Positions 7,906 to 17,468 of a stretch of 64,000 nt of DNA are shown piece after piece; the first letter of the stretch is position 1; each line of letters opens with the position of its first letter. Below the pieces are notes generated by a model. That model was not told the origin of the DNA. It did no database searches and was given only the letters and a program-made list of their open reading frames with translations. The translations under genes were made by a program, and so were the position numbers. The DNA lies in the NCBI GenBank assembly GCA_001029675.1, contig CP011210.1, positions 128,193-192,192 of the forward strand, in the 5' to 3' direction. Origin of the DNA: Candidatus Beckwithbacteria bacterium GW2011_GWC1_49_16. Lineage in GTDB: Bacteria; Patescibacteriota; Microgenomatia; UBA1400; CG1-02-47-37.

Positions 7906-10452
7906 ATGATAGACGTGGGTTTGAGTCAAAAAGAAGCAGAAAAAAGGTTAAGCCAGTTTGGCTGGAACGAGATTGCCAGGAAAAAAAGAGTCAGCGATCT
8001 GCAGTTGTTGTTAGCTCAAGTTAAATCGCCCCTGATTTATGTGTTGTTGGCGGCGATGGGCATTACCGGGGTGGTTTTACATGATGTGGAAGACACCATC
8101 GTCATTGGCCTGGCAGTGGTGTTTAACACTTTTTTGGGCTTTATCCAGGAAAGAAAAGCCAATCGGTCGCTGGAGGCTTTGGCGGCGGTGTTGACCCTTC
8201 ACGCCAAAGTGAAGAGAGACGGTAAGTGGGTGGAAATTGAAGCCAGAAAAGTAGTGCCGGGAGACGTGTTGCGGCTGGAGTTGGGTTCCAGAGTGGCGGC
8301 AGACGGAGAGGTGACGACGGCGGACTCGTTGTCGATTAATGAGGCGGTGCTGACGGGTGAGTCGGCGGCGGTGACAAAAAACAAAAAAGACAAGGCGTTC
8401 ATGGGCACGACGGTGGCCGGAGGCATCGGCGAGATGGTGGTGACCAAGACGGGGGAGAAAACCGAGTTTGGCAAAATCGCCGAGAGCCTGCAAGAAACCA
8501 AAAGCGAAGCGACTCCGCTGCAGGCCCAAATCAACCGCTTCGCTAAAACCATGGCGGTGGCGGTGTTTATCGTTTCTTTAATGGTACTGGCGGTGGGACT
8601 TTTTGTCGGAGACAGTTTCAGAGAGATTTTTCCGACAGCGGTGGCTTTGGCGGTGGCGGCTATTCCCGAAGGCTTGGCGGTATCGCTGACGGTGATTTTG
8701 GCCATAGGCATGCAGCGGATTTTAAAGAAAAAAGCTTTGGTGCGGAAACTGGTGGCGGCAGAAACTCTGGGCGGGGTGACGGTAGTTTGCGCCGACAAAA
8801 CCGGCACTCTGACCGAAGGCAAAATGCGGGTGGTTGATGTTTTGGAGAGTATTAGTCCGGACAAGAAAAGGCGGGAGATGAAGCGGGCGATGATGCTGAA
8901 AGCGGTGGTTTTGTGCAATGACATGCGGGACCCTTTGGAAGTAGCCATGATGGATTGGGCCCTTAAACAGCAATCTCACCTCCGAGGTGAAAATACCCAC
9001 GCCTCGGAGGTGTCTGGGTTTTTAGAGAAACAGTATCCGCGGCTGGACGAGATACCGTTTGACCCGAAACACCGTTATATTGCCACCTTACATAAAGTGA
9101 TCACTCCCGGAGTGTCTAGAGTAAAACACTCCGGGAGTGGAGAAACTCAAAGGTTGTTGCTGGTCGGTGGGGCGCCGGAAGAGGTCTTGGCGCGATGCGA
9201 CACCACCGAAGCCAGAAGAAAAGAGTGGCTGGAGAAAATCAACCGCGAAGGCAGACAGGGCCACCGCTTGGTAGGTTTTGCTTACCGGGAAGTAGGGGCG
9301 GATAAAAAAAACTTGGCCGATAAAGACATTAAGCAGCTGATGTGGTTGGGCAGTTTGGTGTTTGAAGATCCGATAAGAAAAGGAGTAAAGGAGTCGTTAA
9401 AAGAAGTAGCCGCGGCCGGAATTAAGGTTAAGGTAGTCACCGGCGATTACGCGCCGACGGCCGAAGCGGTGATGAAGGCTTTGGGGCTAATCGGAAGTAA
9501 AGAAGAGGGGGTAGTCATGGAAGGGAGCGAGTTAAAAAAACTGACGGATGAGGCGCTGAAGAAAAGGCTGTCGCAGGTGAAGTTGTTTGCCAGGACCACA
9601 CCGGATCAGAAGTTGAAAATCGTGGAGGTGTTACAGGGGATGGGCGAGGTGGTGGCGATGACCGGCGATGGGGTCAACGACGCGCCGGCTTTGAAAAAAG
9701 CCGATATCGGCATAGTGGTGGAGACGGCCTCGGATGTGTCCAAAGAAACGGCTGATATGGTGTTGCTCGACAGCAACTTTAAAACCATTTTGGCGGCGAT
9801 TGAGGGCGGACGGATGATTAAAGACAACTTGCGTAAAGTGATTTTGTATTTACTCGCCGATAGTTTTGGGGAGATTGTTTTGGTGGTGATGAGCCTAGTT
9901 GCTGGCATGCCTTTGCCGATAACGGCGGCGATGATTTTGTGGGTTAACTTGGTGTCGGACGGGTTTCCGGATTTGGCCTTAACAGTGGATCCGGCCGAGA
10001 AAGGTTTGTTAAAAAGGCAGCCGGAAAGCCGGCAGAGGCATTTAATTGACGCCGAGATGGCCTTGCTGATTGTTTTGATCTCGTTGGCTTCGGCGCTGAC
10101 GGCCTTTGGGGCATTTTGGTATTACTGGCATAATCCGGCTTATGGTTTGGAGCACGCCAGAACGGTGGCTTTTAACCTTTTGGGGCTAAACTCATTGTTT
10201 TACGTCTGGTCGGCCAGAAGCCTAAAGCAGCCGGTGTGGAAAGAAAGTTTATTTGAAAACCCATGGCTGGTGGTGGCGGTGCTTTTGGGGCTGGGGCTGC
10301 AGATGGTCGGAGTTTATTCCCGGGTAGGGCAAAGGTTGTTGGAGACGGTGGCGCTTGACGCTTCCGAGTGGTTGGTGGTGGTTGCCGGGAGTCTGCTGAT
10401 GATGGTAATAGTAGAAGGAGTTAAGTTCGCCTTTAACAGGCGAGAGAGGTAG
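7906..10452 (+). CDS. P-type cation-transporting ATPase (P2A, Ca2+-type)
   Basis: TGES, AIPEGL, DKTGTLT, TGD, MTGDGVNDAPAL, ILWVNLVSD. Confidence 0.95.
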   Translation: MIDVGLSQKEAEKRLSQFGWNEIARKKRVSDLQLLLAQVKSPLIYVLLAAMGITGVVLHDVEDTIVIGLAVVFNTFLGFIQERKANRSLEALAAVLTLHAKVKRDGKWVEIEARKVVPGDVLRLELGSRVAADGEVTTADSLSINEAVLTGESAAVTKNKKDKAFMGTTVAGGIGEMVVTKTGEKTEFGKIAESLQETKSEATPLQAQINRFAKTMAVAVFIVSLMVLAVGLFVGDSFREIFPTAVALAVAAIPEGLAVSLTVILAIGMQRILKKKALVRKLVAAETLGGVTVVCADKTGTLTEGKMRVVDVLESISPDKKRREMKRAMMLKAVVLCNDMRDPLEVAMMDWALKQQSHLRGENTHASEVSGFLEKQYPRLDEIPFDPKHRYIATLHKVITPGVSRVKHSGSGETQRLLLVGGAPEEVLARCDTTEARRKEWLEKINREGRQGHRLVGFAYREVGADKKNLADKDIKQLMWLGSLVFEDPIRKGVKESLKEVAAAGIKVKVVTGDYAPTAEAVMKALGLIGSKEEGVVMEGSELKKLTDEALKKRLSQVKLFARTTPDQKLKIVEVLQGMGEVVAMTGDGVNDAPALKKADIGIVVETASDVSKETADMVLLDSNFKTILAAIEGGRMIKDNLRKVILYLLADSFGEIVLVVMSLVAGMPLPITAAMILWVNLVSDGFPDLALTVDPAEKGLLKRQPESRQRHLIDAEMALLIVLISLASALTAFGAFWYYWHNPAYGLEHARTVAFNLLGLNSLFYVWSARSLKQPVWKESLFENPWLVVAVLLGLGLQMVGVYSRVGQRLLETVALDASEWLVVVAGSLLMMVIVEGVKFAFNRRER

Positions 10453-10456
10453 TTTT

Positions 10457-11425
10457 ATGATTTGGCTGCAATTGTTGCTACTGACTGGTTTTTCTTTTTT
10501 ACTCATTAAAGCGACGGACATTGTCAGCGAAAGTTTGCAGCAGCTATCCAGACTGACCCGGATAGGCAAGTTTGCCATGACGTCGTTTTTGTTAACGTTG
10601 GCCACTTCGGCCCCCGAACTGGTAGTGGGCGTGGCGGCGGCCCTGGAAGGAACGCCGAACCTGGCTTTGGGGACGGTGGTGGGCAGCAACATTGCCAACG
10701 TTTCCCTGGTGATCGGCCTGGCGGCGGTAATCGGCGGCAGTTTTTCGGTGGTGGGGGAGTTTTTGAAAGTGGACATTTTTTCGGTTTTTCTGGCAGGAGT
10801 AATGCCTTTGATGTTGCTTTTGGACGGCAGGCTTTCAAGGGTGGACGGGTTGATTTTACTGCTGGTTTACGGCGCTTATAACTTTGGCTTGTTGAATAAA
10901 TATAATACCAGCCCTCCGACCAGGGGGGGGCGGCTTTTAAGCCGGATGTTTAACGGCAACAATCGCGGTAAAATGAGCCGTTGGCTGGCTTGGTTGTTTT
11001 TGGGCGGCGCCATGCTGGTGTTTGCCGCCGACATGATCGTAAATGTGGGCGCGGAATTGGCGACGGGGCTGGGGGTGCCGGTGTTTTTGATCGGTCTTTT
11101 TTTCGTGGCCATTGGTACCAGTTTACCGGAGTTGGCCTTTCAAAGCCGGGCGGTGAGAAAGGGCCAGGTGGCCATGGCCTTGGGAAATTTAATGGGCAGC
11201 GTGGTGGCTAACTCCACCTTGATTTTAGGGATAGTCAGTTTGATCAGGCCGGTGGTGCTGTACAAGGGTCTTAATGCCTATTTGCTGGCGGCGGCGGCCT
11301 TCGGGGTGATTTTTATGCTTTTCTGGTATTTGGTGAAGACCAAGAAAAAACTCGAGCGCTGGGAAGGAGCGGTACTTTTATTGGCTTACGCAGTCTTTAT
11401 GTGGTTGGAGTGGCTGGGGAAGTAA
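10457..11425 (+). CDS. Ca2+/Na+ antiporter (CaCA/YrbG family)
   Basis: Alpha repeats ATSAPE...GSNIAN and GTSLPE...GSVVAN; about 10 TM helices. Confidence 0.9.
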   Translation: MIWLQLLLLTGFSFLLIKATDIVSESLQQLSRLTRIGKFAMTSFLLTLATSAPELVVGVAAALEGTPNLALGTVVGSNIANVSLVIGLAAVIGGSFSVVGEFLKVDIFSVFLAGVMPLMLLLDGRLSRVDGLILLLVYGAYNFGLLNKYNTSPPTRGGRLLSRMFNGNNRGKMSRWLAWLFLGGAMLVFAADMIVNVGAELATGLGVPVFLIGLFFVAIGTSLPELAFQSRAVRKGQVAMALGNLMGSVVANSTLILGIVSLIRPVVLYKGLNAYLLAAAAFGVIFMLFWYLVKTKKKLERWEGAVLLLAYAVFMWLEWLGK

Positions 11426-11445
11426 TGGTGTTACAATAGGTTTGA

Positions 11446-12795
11446 ATGAACATAATTGCCGACTTACAACTGCACAGTAAATACTCGCGGGCGGTAAGCA
11501 AAGACATGGTGATCCCGATTTTGAGCCAGTGGGGTGAGAAAAAGGGGATAGATTTACTGGCCACGGGCGACTGGACGCACCCTTTGTGGCTTAAGGAACT
11601 TGAGGCAAATTTGGAGGAGGCGGGAGAGGGAATTTACAAACTCAAAGGCAGCGAGAAAAAAACCCGGTTTTTGCTGTCCGGGGAAATATCTTCGATCTAC
11701 ACCCAGGGTGGGCAGGGGCGGAGGGTGCACACTTTGTTTTTTGCCCCGTCTTTGGCTGTTGTGGCCAAGATTAACCAGGAGTTGACTAAAAGGGGAGCTA
11801 ATTTGATGAGTGACGGGCGACCGATCGTGGGGCTTTCTTGCCAAGATCTTTGCGAAGTGGTTTGGGGAGTGGACGAGCGGGTGTTGGTGATACCGGCTCA
11901 CGCGTTCACCCCGTGGTTTGCCCTGTATGGCTCAAAGTCCGGTTTTGATTCGATTGATGAATGTTTTGGGGAATATGCCGATAAAATCTATGCTATCGAG
12001 ACAGGACTTAGTTCGGATCCGGCGATGAACTGGCAGATTGCGGATTTGGATCGGCGGGCGATTGTCAGTTTTTCTGACGCTCACAGCCCGAGGAAGCTGG
12101 GGCGCGAAGCGACGGTGTTTGAGTTTGAGGGTAAGGAAAGTGAAGACTACGGCTTCGACGATGTAGCTTGGGCGATTAAGGAGAGGTATTTAGGAGAAAA
12201 TTCAGGCAGGATGAAGATTTTGTACACCATCGAATTTCACCCGGAAGAAGGTAAATACCATTACACCGGTCATAGAAAGTGTAACGTGGTCCAGTCGCCC
12301 CAGGAAACGAGGGAAAAAGGGACGACTTGCCACGTTTGCGGCCGGTCGTTGACGGTCGGGGTGATGCATCGAGTGGAGGAGTTGGCTAAAGATAGGCCAG
12401 AGATTGAGCCGAAAAAGAAAGAAGGCAAGACCGGAGTGGTGGGTTACTGGCATCCTGAAGACGAAACCCGGCCGCCTTACGTGATGCTGGTGCCTTTGCA
12501 CGAAATTTTGGCCGAAGCCTTGGGAGTGGGAGAGTCGAGTCAGAAGGTTGGGGGAGTTTATGAGCTGTTGGTGGGTAAATTCGGCGGCGAGTTTGAGGTG
12601 CTACTTAAAGCCGAAACCAGCCAGATTGGTAAAGTGGCCGGTTCACGGGTGGCCGAGGCAGTAGACAGGGTGAGGCGGGGGGAGATAGAAGTCAAGCCTG
12701 GCTATGACGGGGTGTTTGGGGAGGTGTCGATCTGGGCCTCCGACGCATTAGCTTCTGAGGTTAAACCCGCAGAGCAGCCGGATTTGTTTTCTTGA
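11446..12795 (+). CDS. PHP-family endonuclease Q-like protein
   Basis: DLQLHSKYSRA, PAHAFTPW, ETGLSSD, SDAHS, GKYH..GHRKC, CxxC, PGYDGVFG. Confidence 0.85.
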   Translation: MNIIADLQLHSKYSRAVSKDMVIPILSQWGEKKGIDLLATGDWTHPLWLKELEANLEEAGEGIYKLKGSEKKTRFLLSGEISSIYTQGGQGRRVHTLFFAPSLAVVAKINQELTKRGANLMSDGRPIVGLSCQDLCEVVWGVDERVLVIPAHAFTPWFALYGSKSGFDSIDECFGEYADKIYAIETGLSSDPAMNWQIADLDRRAIVSFSDAHSPRKLGREATVFEFEGKESEDYGFDDVAWAIKERYLGENSGRMKILYTIEFHPEEGKYHYTGHRKCNVVQSPQETREKGTTCHVCGRSLTVGVMHRVEELAKDRPEIEPKKKEGKTGVVGYWHPEDETRPPYVMLVPLHEILAEALGVGESSQKVGGVYELLVGKFGGEFEVLLKAETSQIGKVAGSRVAEAVDRVRRGEIEVKPGYDGVFGEVSIWASDALASEVKPAEQPDLFS

Positions 12796-12852
12796 CAGAC
12801 GGGGCATAATAAGGGATATTGGTGGTAGTTATTAAATTTTGCGGGGGTAAAC

Positions 12853-13188
12853 ATGGCAAACAAAAAAATGACAGTTGCCTTTGGTCTTGAGGAAAATGTA
12901 GCTTGTGCTTTGGCCTATGTGGGCGGCTGGCTGTCGGGCTTAATATTTTTGCTGGTAGAAAAAGACAACGGCACGGTGCGCTTTCATGCCATGCAGAGCA
13001 TTTTGGCTTTTGGTGGTTTGATGGTACTGATGTTTGTGCCGATTGTCGGCTGGGTGTTGAGCCCGTTTTTGTGGATTATTAGCTTTGTGGTCTGGCTTTA
13101 TAGCGTCTACAAAGCCTACCAGGGTGAGAAGTTTAAGTTACCGATTGTGGGCAAAATTGCCCAGCAGCAGTTGAAGAAGATTAAATAA
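12853..13188 (+). CDS. DUF4870-type small membrane protein
   Basis: ALAY..GW..GLIFL..EK....VRFHAMQS ... G..FKLPIVG. Confidence 0.85.
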   Translation: MANKKMTVAFGLEENVACALAYVGGWLSGLIFLLVEKDNGTVRFHAMQSILAFGGLMVLMFVPIVGWVLSPFLWIISFVVWLYSVYKAYQGEKFKLPIVGKIAQQQLKKIK

Positions 13189-13217
13189 TGTTTATGATTG
13201 ACGGCAGTAATTAGTCT

Positions 13218-13325
13218 TTGATCGTTCTGGCTCGACAGCGGGCACTGCGACGTGCCACGTCAAGATCTTGCGCGCGACGTTGCCCGCCTGTCTACGCAGA
13301 GCCGTCAAGGTCGAGGTCCGACCTT
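13218..13325. other. GC-rich structured intergenic element (long hairpin plus AAGGTCG/CGACCTT hairpin)
   Basis: Nested complementary blocks GGCTC/GAGCC, GACAG/CTGTC, CGGGCA/TGCCCG around palindrome CAAGATCTTG; second stem 13307-13325. Confidence 0.6.
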
Positions 13326-13334
13326 ATTGAAAAA

Positions 13335-13369
13335 TTACGGTTTACTGTTTACAGATTACTGATTACTAT
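13335..13369. repeat. heptamer tandem array (TTACNGN-like) x5
   Basis: TTACGGT TTACTGT TTACAGA TTACTGA TTACTAT. Confidence 0.8.
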
Positions 13370-13376
13370 TAAGTTG

Positions 13377-13916
13377 ATGATATTTCAAGATCGAGAGGAA
13401 GCGGGTAAAAAGTTGGCCGATAAGGTAAAAGGATTTGTTTCCGGGAGCGCCCGCCTGCCGGCGAGGCAGGGTCTGGTGTTGGGGATTCCGCGAGGCGGAG
13501 TGGTGACGGCCAAAGTGGTGGCGGAGAAGTTGGGGTGGCCTTTGGATGTTTTGCGAGCCAAAAAAATCGGGGCGCCGGGCAATCCGGAACTAGCCATCGG
13601 GGCCAAGGTGCGGTCGCCATACCCTAAGCTTTCAGGAGTTAAACAAGTGGTTTTAGTCGACGACGGAGTGGCAACAGGGCATACGGTTGAGGCGGGAGTC
13701 AAGTGGCTTAAAGCCAACGGGGTTGAGAAGGTAATCGTGGCCGTGCCGGTGGCGGCTAAAGACTCGGCTAAAAAACTTAAAAAATTGGCCCCGCATGCGC
13801 GGGGTAAACCTGAGTGGGTTTGTTTGCTAGAGCCGGAAAACTTTTACGCCGTAGGGCAGTTTTACCGCCATTTTCCCCAGGTGACGGATGAAGAGGTGAG
13901 AGAGATTTTGGTATAA
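13377..13916 (+). CDS. phosphoribosyltransferase family protein
   Basis: FQDREEAG, LGIPRGG, KKIGAPGNPELAIGA, LVDDGVATG, AVGQFY..FPQVTDEEV; start at ATG 13377. Confidence 0.9.
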   Translation: MIFQDREEAGKKLADKVKGFVSGSARLPARQGLVLGIPRGGVVTAKVVAEKLGWPLDVLRAKKIGAPGNPELAIGAKVRSPYPKLSGVKQVVLVDDGVATGHTVEAGVKWLKANGVEKVIVAVPVAAKDSAKKLKKLAPHARGKPEWVCLLEPENFYAVGQFYRHFPQVTDEEVREILV

Positions 13917-13937
13917 TAAGCGGCCTGCTCGGAATTT

Positions 13938-14357
13938 ATGTCTATTGAGCAGCAGAGAGCCAGCGAAATTAGCGTTTGGAGAGCCAGAGTGGAGCAGCTG
14001 CAAAGAAGAAGAGACCGATTTGTGGCCGCGAGCATTCCTGGTTGGGTATCAATGGCAGTGGTGCTGCCAAAACTCCTTCAAGAGGCATTTGATTCAAGTG
14101 AGCCGATTGAGTTTGGATTAAAAATTGCCGGCCCTTTATCAATTTTAGCTGGATGGGGGCTGTTTGAGGCGGCAGAGTATACAGAGCTTGCCCGACTGAA
14201 AGTTATAGACAATCTTCATAGGGCTGGAGAAGATGTAGCAGAAATGTTGATAGCTGGAAAATTTCCCTGGGTGAGGCATTTTGCTGATAGCGAGCCGACG
14301 TATATAAAAATACCCAGGTTGTTACGGGAGAGACGAGAGCGAGGTAGGGGGATGTAG
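13938..14357 (+). CDS. hypothetical orphan membrane protein
   Basis: 139-aa ORF with two moderately hydrophobic segments. Confidence 0.55.
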   Translation: MSIEQQRASEISVWRARVEQLQRRRDRFVAASIPGWVSMAVVLPKLLQEAFDSSEPIEFGLKIAGPLSILAGWGLFEAAEYTELARLKVIDNLHRAGEDVAEMLIAGKFPWVRHFADSEPTYIKIPRLLRERRERGRGM

Positions 14358-14379
14358 GGATATTTGCTAGAATGGGGGT

Positions 14380-14856
14380 ATGAAACTCGTAGTCGGGCTA
14401 GGGAATCCGGGAGAAAAGTATCAAAATACAAGGCATAACGTGGGGTTTTTGGTGGTGGATAGATTGCGCGAGCGTTTGGACGAGGGGAAAGATCGGGTGT
14501 TGTTTTTGAAGCCAGATAAATTTATGAACCAGTCGGGGGCGGTGGTAAAGGCTTTTTTAAAAAAGCATCCGAAGGTAAAGCCGGAGGAGATGTATGTGGC
14601 TCACGACGATTTGGACATAAAACTGGGAGAATATAAGATTTCTTTTGGCAAAGGACCCAGAGATCACAACGGCCTAAAGTCGATTTATGAGCAGTTGGGG
14701 ACCAAAGAGTTCTGGCACGTGAGGGTGGGGATTGACGGCCCGCGGGGTGAGGTTAAAAGTGGCGAGGAGTATGTTTTATCCAGTTTTCGGCCGGAGGAAA
14801 AGTCAATAGTTAATTCAATAGTTAATTCGGTAGTTAAGGCGATAGTTAAATTATGA
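14380..14856 (+). CDS. pth: peptidyl-tRNA hydrolase
   Basis: KLVVGLGNPG.KY.NTRHNVGF, FMN.SG, HDDLD, HNGLKSI. Confidence 0.95.
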   Translation: MKLVVGLGNPGEKYQNTRHNVGFLVVDRLRERLDEGKDRVLFLKPDKFMNQSGAVVKAFLKKHPKVKPEEMYVAHDDLDIKLGEYKISFGKGPRDHNGLKSIYEQLGTKEFWHVRVGIDGPRGEVKSGEEYVLSSFRPEEKSIVNSIVNSVVKAIVKL

Positions 14857-15155
14857 GTAAAACTGACAAAAAATCTCCCACTTCGCTGGGGGATTTACTC
14901 TCCGGCTATGATTGGGATAAGAAGAAATACATCAGCCGGGAGTGGCAGGATTATGCTTACCGGCTGGCGGTGGCTTTGGACGATTTGAAAAACAAATCAC
15001 TTTACATGAAATTAGCCAAAGAAACACCCCGGGCCTGGCTGGAAGAAGCCAAAAACTTTGTCAAAGACGCTTACGAAGTCAAGAGCAAAGCGAGGCTGTT
15101 TATGTGGAAATTAAAAGAGATTAGAAAAGAGAAGAAGAATGAAAAGAAAAAGTAG
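14853..15155 (+). CDS. hypothetical protein (basic, helical)
   Basis: 100-aa ORF coupled to pth by ATGA overlap; genome-typical codon usage. Confidence 0.75.
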   Translation: MSKTDKKSPTSLGDLLSGYDWDKKKYISREWQDYAYRLAVALDDLKNKSLYMKLAKETPRAWLEEAKNFVKDAYEVKSKARLFMWKLKEIRKEKKNEKKK

Positions 15156-15170
15156 TTTTTTTGGCCAAAT

Positions 15171-15443
15171 ATGAAGCAGCGGGTACATCTTTATATTTCG
15201 GGTATAGTCCAGGGAGTAGGGTTTAGGTATTTTTTGAAGCAGACGGCCGACGCTTTGGGTATTTTTGGTTGGGCAAAAAATTTGGCCGGCGGCAGGGTAG
15301 AGGTAGTGTTTGAAGGGGAGAAAGGGGCGGTAAAACAAGCGGTCAACGAAGCTTGGCAGGGACCGCCGGCGGGTAAGGTGAGAGAGGTTGAAGTGGTTGG
15401 TGAGGCTTGGCAGGGGGAGAAGGAGTTTGCTATAGTGAGGTAA
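15171..15443 (+). CDS. acyP: acylphosphatase
   Basis: ISGIVQGVGFR, GWAKNL..GRVE, GPP. Confidence 0.93.
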   Translation: MKQRVHLYISGIVQGVGFRYFLKQTADALGIFGWAKNLAGGRVEVVFEGEKGAVKQAVNEAWQGPPAGKVREVEVVGEAWQGEKEFAIVR

Positions 15444-15449
15444 GCCGAC

Positions 15450-16013
15450 ATGACTCGTAGAAAGACAAGCTTGTTTATTCTCGCAGGATATTTACTGGGA
15501 GTGGCGGTGACGGGGATAATTAGGGGAAAGATAGTTTTGCTGGCCGACTGGTTAGACGTGACGGGACTGTTTGTCGGCGGGGTTTTGGGTTGGCTGTTGG
15601 TGAACTTGGACCGGTTGGTTTATGTTTATTTTTCCCACGCAGGCACCCAAATGGCCCAGTACGCCAGATACCAGTTTGACCAGAAAAAATGGCGGGAGGG
15701 GTGGCGGATTTTGGAAATGAGGCAGGACGAGATGGAAGAGCTGACTTTCAGAAGCGCGCTGTTTCAGGCGGCGTGGGTGGTTTTGGCCTTGTTTGCTTTG
15801 ACCTCGACGGCGTCACTTTTTGGTAAAAGTTTAGTGATGGGGGTGGGCTTGAAGATTTTGGTAGACGAGTGGCGGGATTACCTTTATGCTCGAGGGACAC
15901 TCAAGCGCTGGCTGTTTTGGCAGGTGAAACGGGAGATAACCGATACAGAGGTGAAGGTTTATCTTTACGTGATGACGGCGGCGTTTTTGCTATTAACCCT
16001 GTTACTGCTATAA
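15450..16013 (+). CDS. hypothetical membrane protein
   Basis: Several TM segments; operon context. Confidence 0.7.
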   Translation: MTRRKTSLFILAGYLLGVAVTGIIRGKIVLLADWLDVTGLFVGGVLGWLLVNLDRLVYVYFSHAGTQMAQYARYQFDQKKWREGWRILEMRQDEMEELTFRSALFQAAWVVLALFALTSTASLFGKSLVMGVGLKILVDEWRDYLYARGTLKRWLFWQVKREITDTEVKVYLYVMTAAFLLLTLLLL

Positions 16014-16026
16014 TAGGGGCTTGAGA

Positions 16027-16740
16027 ATGATAGTCAAAAAGCCGAATACGTTTGTTTTGGATCTGGGCGGGTCGGTGTTTGCCCCTAACAGCAGAGCCAA
16101 GGGGATTGATATTGCCTATCTCAAGCAATTTGAGAAGTTTATCAGAAAGCAAGTCGCCTTAAAGAGGCGATTTTTTATTGTCACCGGCGGCGGCTATGTG
16201 GCCCGCGAGTACCGCGATGCGGCGGCGGCGGCGGTGGGGGGAAAGATTGCCGACGAGGACTTGGACTGGCTGGGAGTACACGCCACCAGGTTAAACGCCC
16301 ATTTGTTTCGGACGATTTTCCGTGACATTGCTTATCCGTGGATTTTAAAGCATTATGATTTGGTCGATAAGAAAGTGACCACGCCGGTGGTGGTCTGTGG
16401 CGGCTGGAAGCCGGGCTGGTCCACCGATTACTGTAGCGTCCTGGTGGCGGCGGATTACCATATCGACACGGTGATCAGCTTGACCAATGTTGACTATGCT
16501 TATGACAAAGACCCGAATAAGTATAAAGGGGCTAAGCCGATCAAAACCATGGGCTGGGACGAGATGATTAAACTGGTGGGTAAAAAGTGGCGGCCGGGAA
16601 TGAACACGCCCTTTGATCCGGTGGCTTCCCGCGAGGCCAAGAAGTTCGGTTTGAAAGTGGTGATTGCCAACGGCAGGAAGTTTGCCAATTTGGAACGGAT
16701 TTTAGACGGAAAAACTTTTACCGGCACGGTGATTGAGTAG
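16027..16740 (+). CDS. pyrH: UMP kinase, archaeal type
   Basis: LDLGGSV, VTGGGYVAREY, D.LG..ATRLNA, GGWKPGWSTD, YDKDP, PFDPVA. Confidence 0.92.
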   Translation: MIVKKPNTFVLDLGGSVFAPNSRAKGIDIAYLKQFEKFIRKQVALKRRFFIVTGGGYVAREYRDAAAAAVGGKIADEDLDWLGVHATRLNAHLFRTIFRDIAYPWILKHYDLVDKKVTTPVVVCGGWKPGWSTDYCSVLVAADYHIDTVISLTNVDYAYDKDPNKYKGAKPIKTMGWDEMIKLVGKKWRPGMNTPFDPVASREAKKFGLKVVIANGRKFANLERILDGKTFTGTVIE

Positions 16741-16743
16741 CAG

Positions 16744-17421
16744 ATGATGACGCTGGGGCAACCAGAGGGTGAAATAGCGGTGACCGGGCCGGTGAAGGAC
16801 TATTTGGATTTAAGTTTTAAGCGGCGGTTGGTATTAGACGGCCAGGAGGAGCAAGTCTTAGATTTTTTTCTCGGCCAGCCGCCAAACACAATTTTTCAGA
16901 TACACCAGGTGCGGCAAGGCGCTTTTGAGGGGGGAGTGAAATACTCTGAAACTGTAATAAAAAGTTATCTTAGGAGTTTAAACGATGGCTTGGTCTCGTT
17001 GAATGGGGTTGAGTTAAGGATCGGCATAGTCCCAAATTATGGCAGATCAGGAAGGCAGGGATATGTTTTAATGACCCCGGGATTGGATGGTTATCAGCGC
17101 GTAGTTAAAGCTACCGCTGGCGAGAGAAAGGTAGATTTGTTGAGTTCCGAAGTTTGTCTTAGTAGAGTCAAGACTTTGACAAGAGTCTTAAAAGAAATAA
17201 AAAAAATGGAGCTAGTGACAGGGCTTTGGTCGGGCGAAAAGTTGTCTAGAGCCGAAGAATTGAGAGCTAATCTAATAGCAGAGCTTAGAGAGCAGATCGA
17301 GGCTTATCACGGAGGAAGCTTTAATGAATTTAGGGGTTGGGCTTTACGGGGAGTTGAAGATGCGGGCAAAGAGGAGAAGGCGTTTGAGGGGATGAGAGAG
17401 GTTTCAGGGAGTAAGGCTTGA
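16744..17421 (+). CDS. hypothetical orphan protein
   Basis: 225-aa ORF, no motif recognised. Confidence 0.6.
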   Translation: MMTLGQPEGEIAVTGPVKDYLDLSFKRRLVLDGQEEQVLDFFLGQPPNTIFQIHQVRQGAFEGGVKYSETVIKSYLRSLNDGLVSLNGVELRIGIVPNYGRSGRQGYVLMTPGLDGYQRVVKATAGERKVDLLSSEVCLSRVKTLTRVLKEIKKMELVTGLWSGEKLSRAEELRANLIAELREQIEAYHGGSFNEFRGWALRGVEDAGKEEKAFEGMREVSGSKA

Positions 17422-17458
17422 CAGAATTGGTAAAGGTAGTATACTAGGGGGGAGTATA
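17418..17458 (+). promoter_or_regulatory. sigma70 promoter with overlapping CsoR/RcnR-type operator
   Basis: TTGACA 17418-17423, TATACT 17440-17445; inverted repeat TATACT-A-GGGGGG-AGTATA 17440-17458. Confidence 0.8.
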
Positions 17459-17468
17459 ACATTATCAA

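Noticed and set aside
12736-12760. Possible degenerate palindromic insertion at the end of the EndoQ-like gene (GCCTCCGA..TCTGAGG)
   Set aside because: Too short and mismatched to assign to a family by eye.
13218-13376. N-terminal extension of the PRTase ORF
   Set aside because: It is the translation of the hairpin element and heptamer array; family homology starts at ATG 13377.
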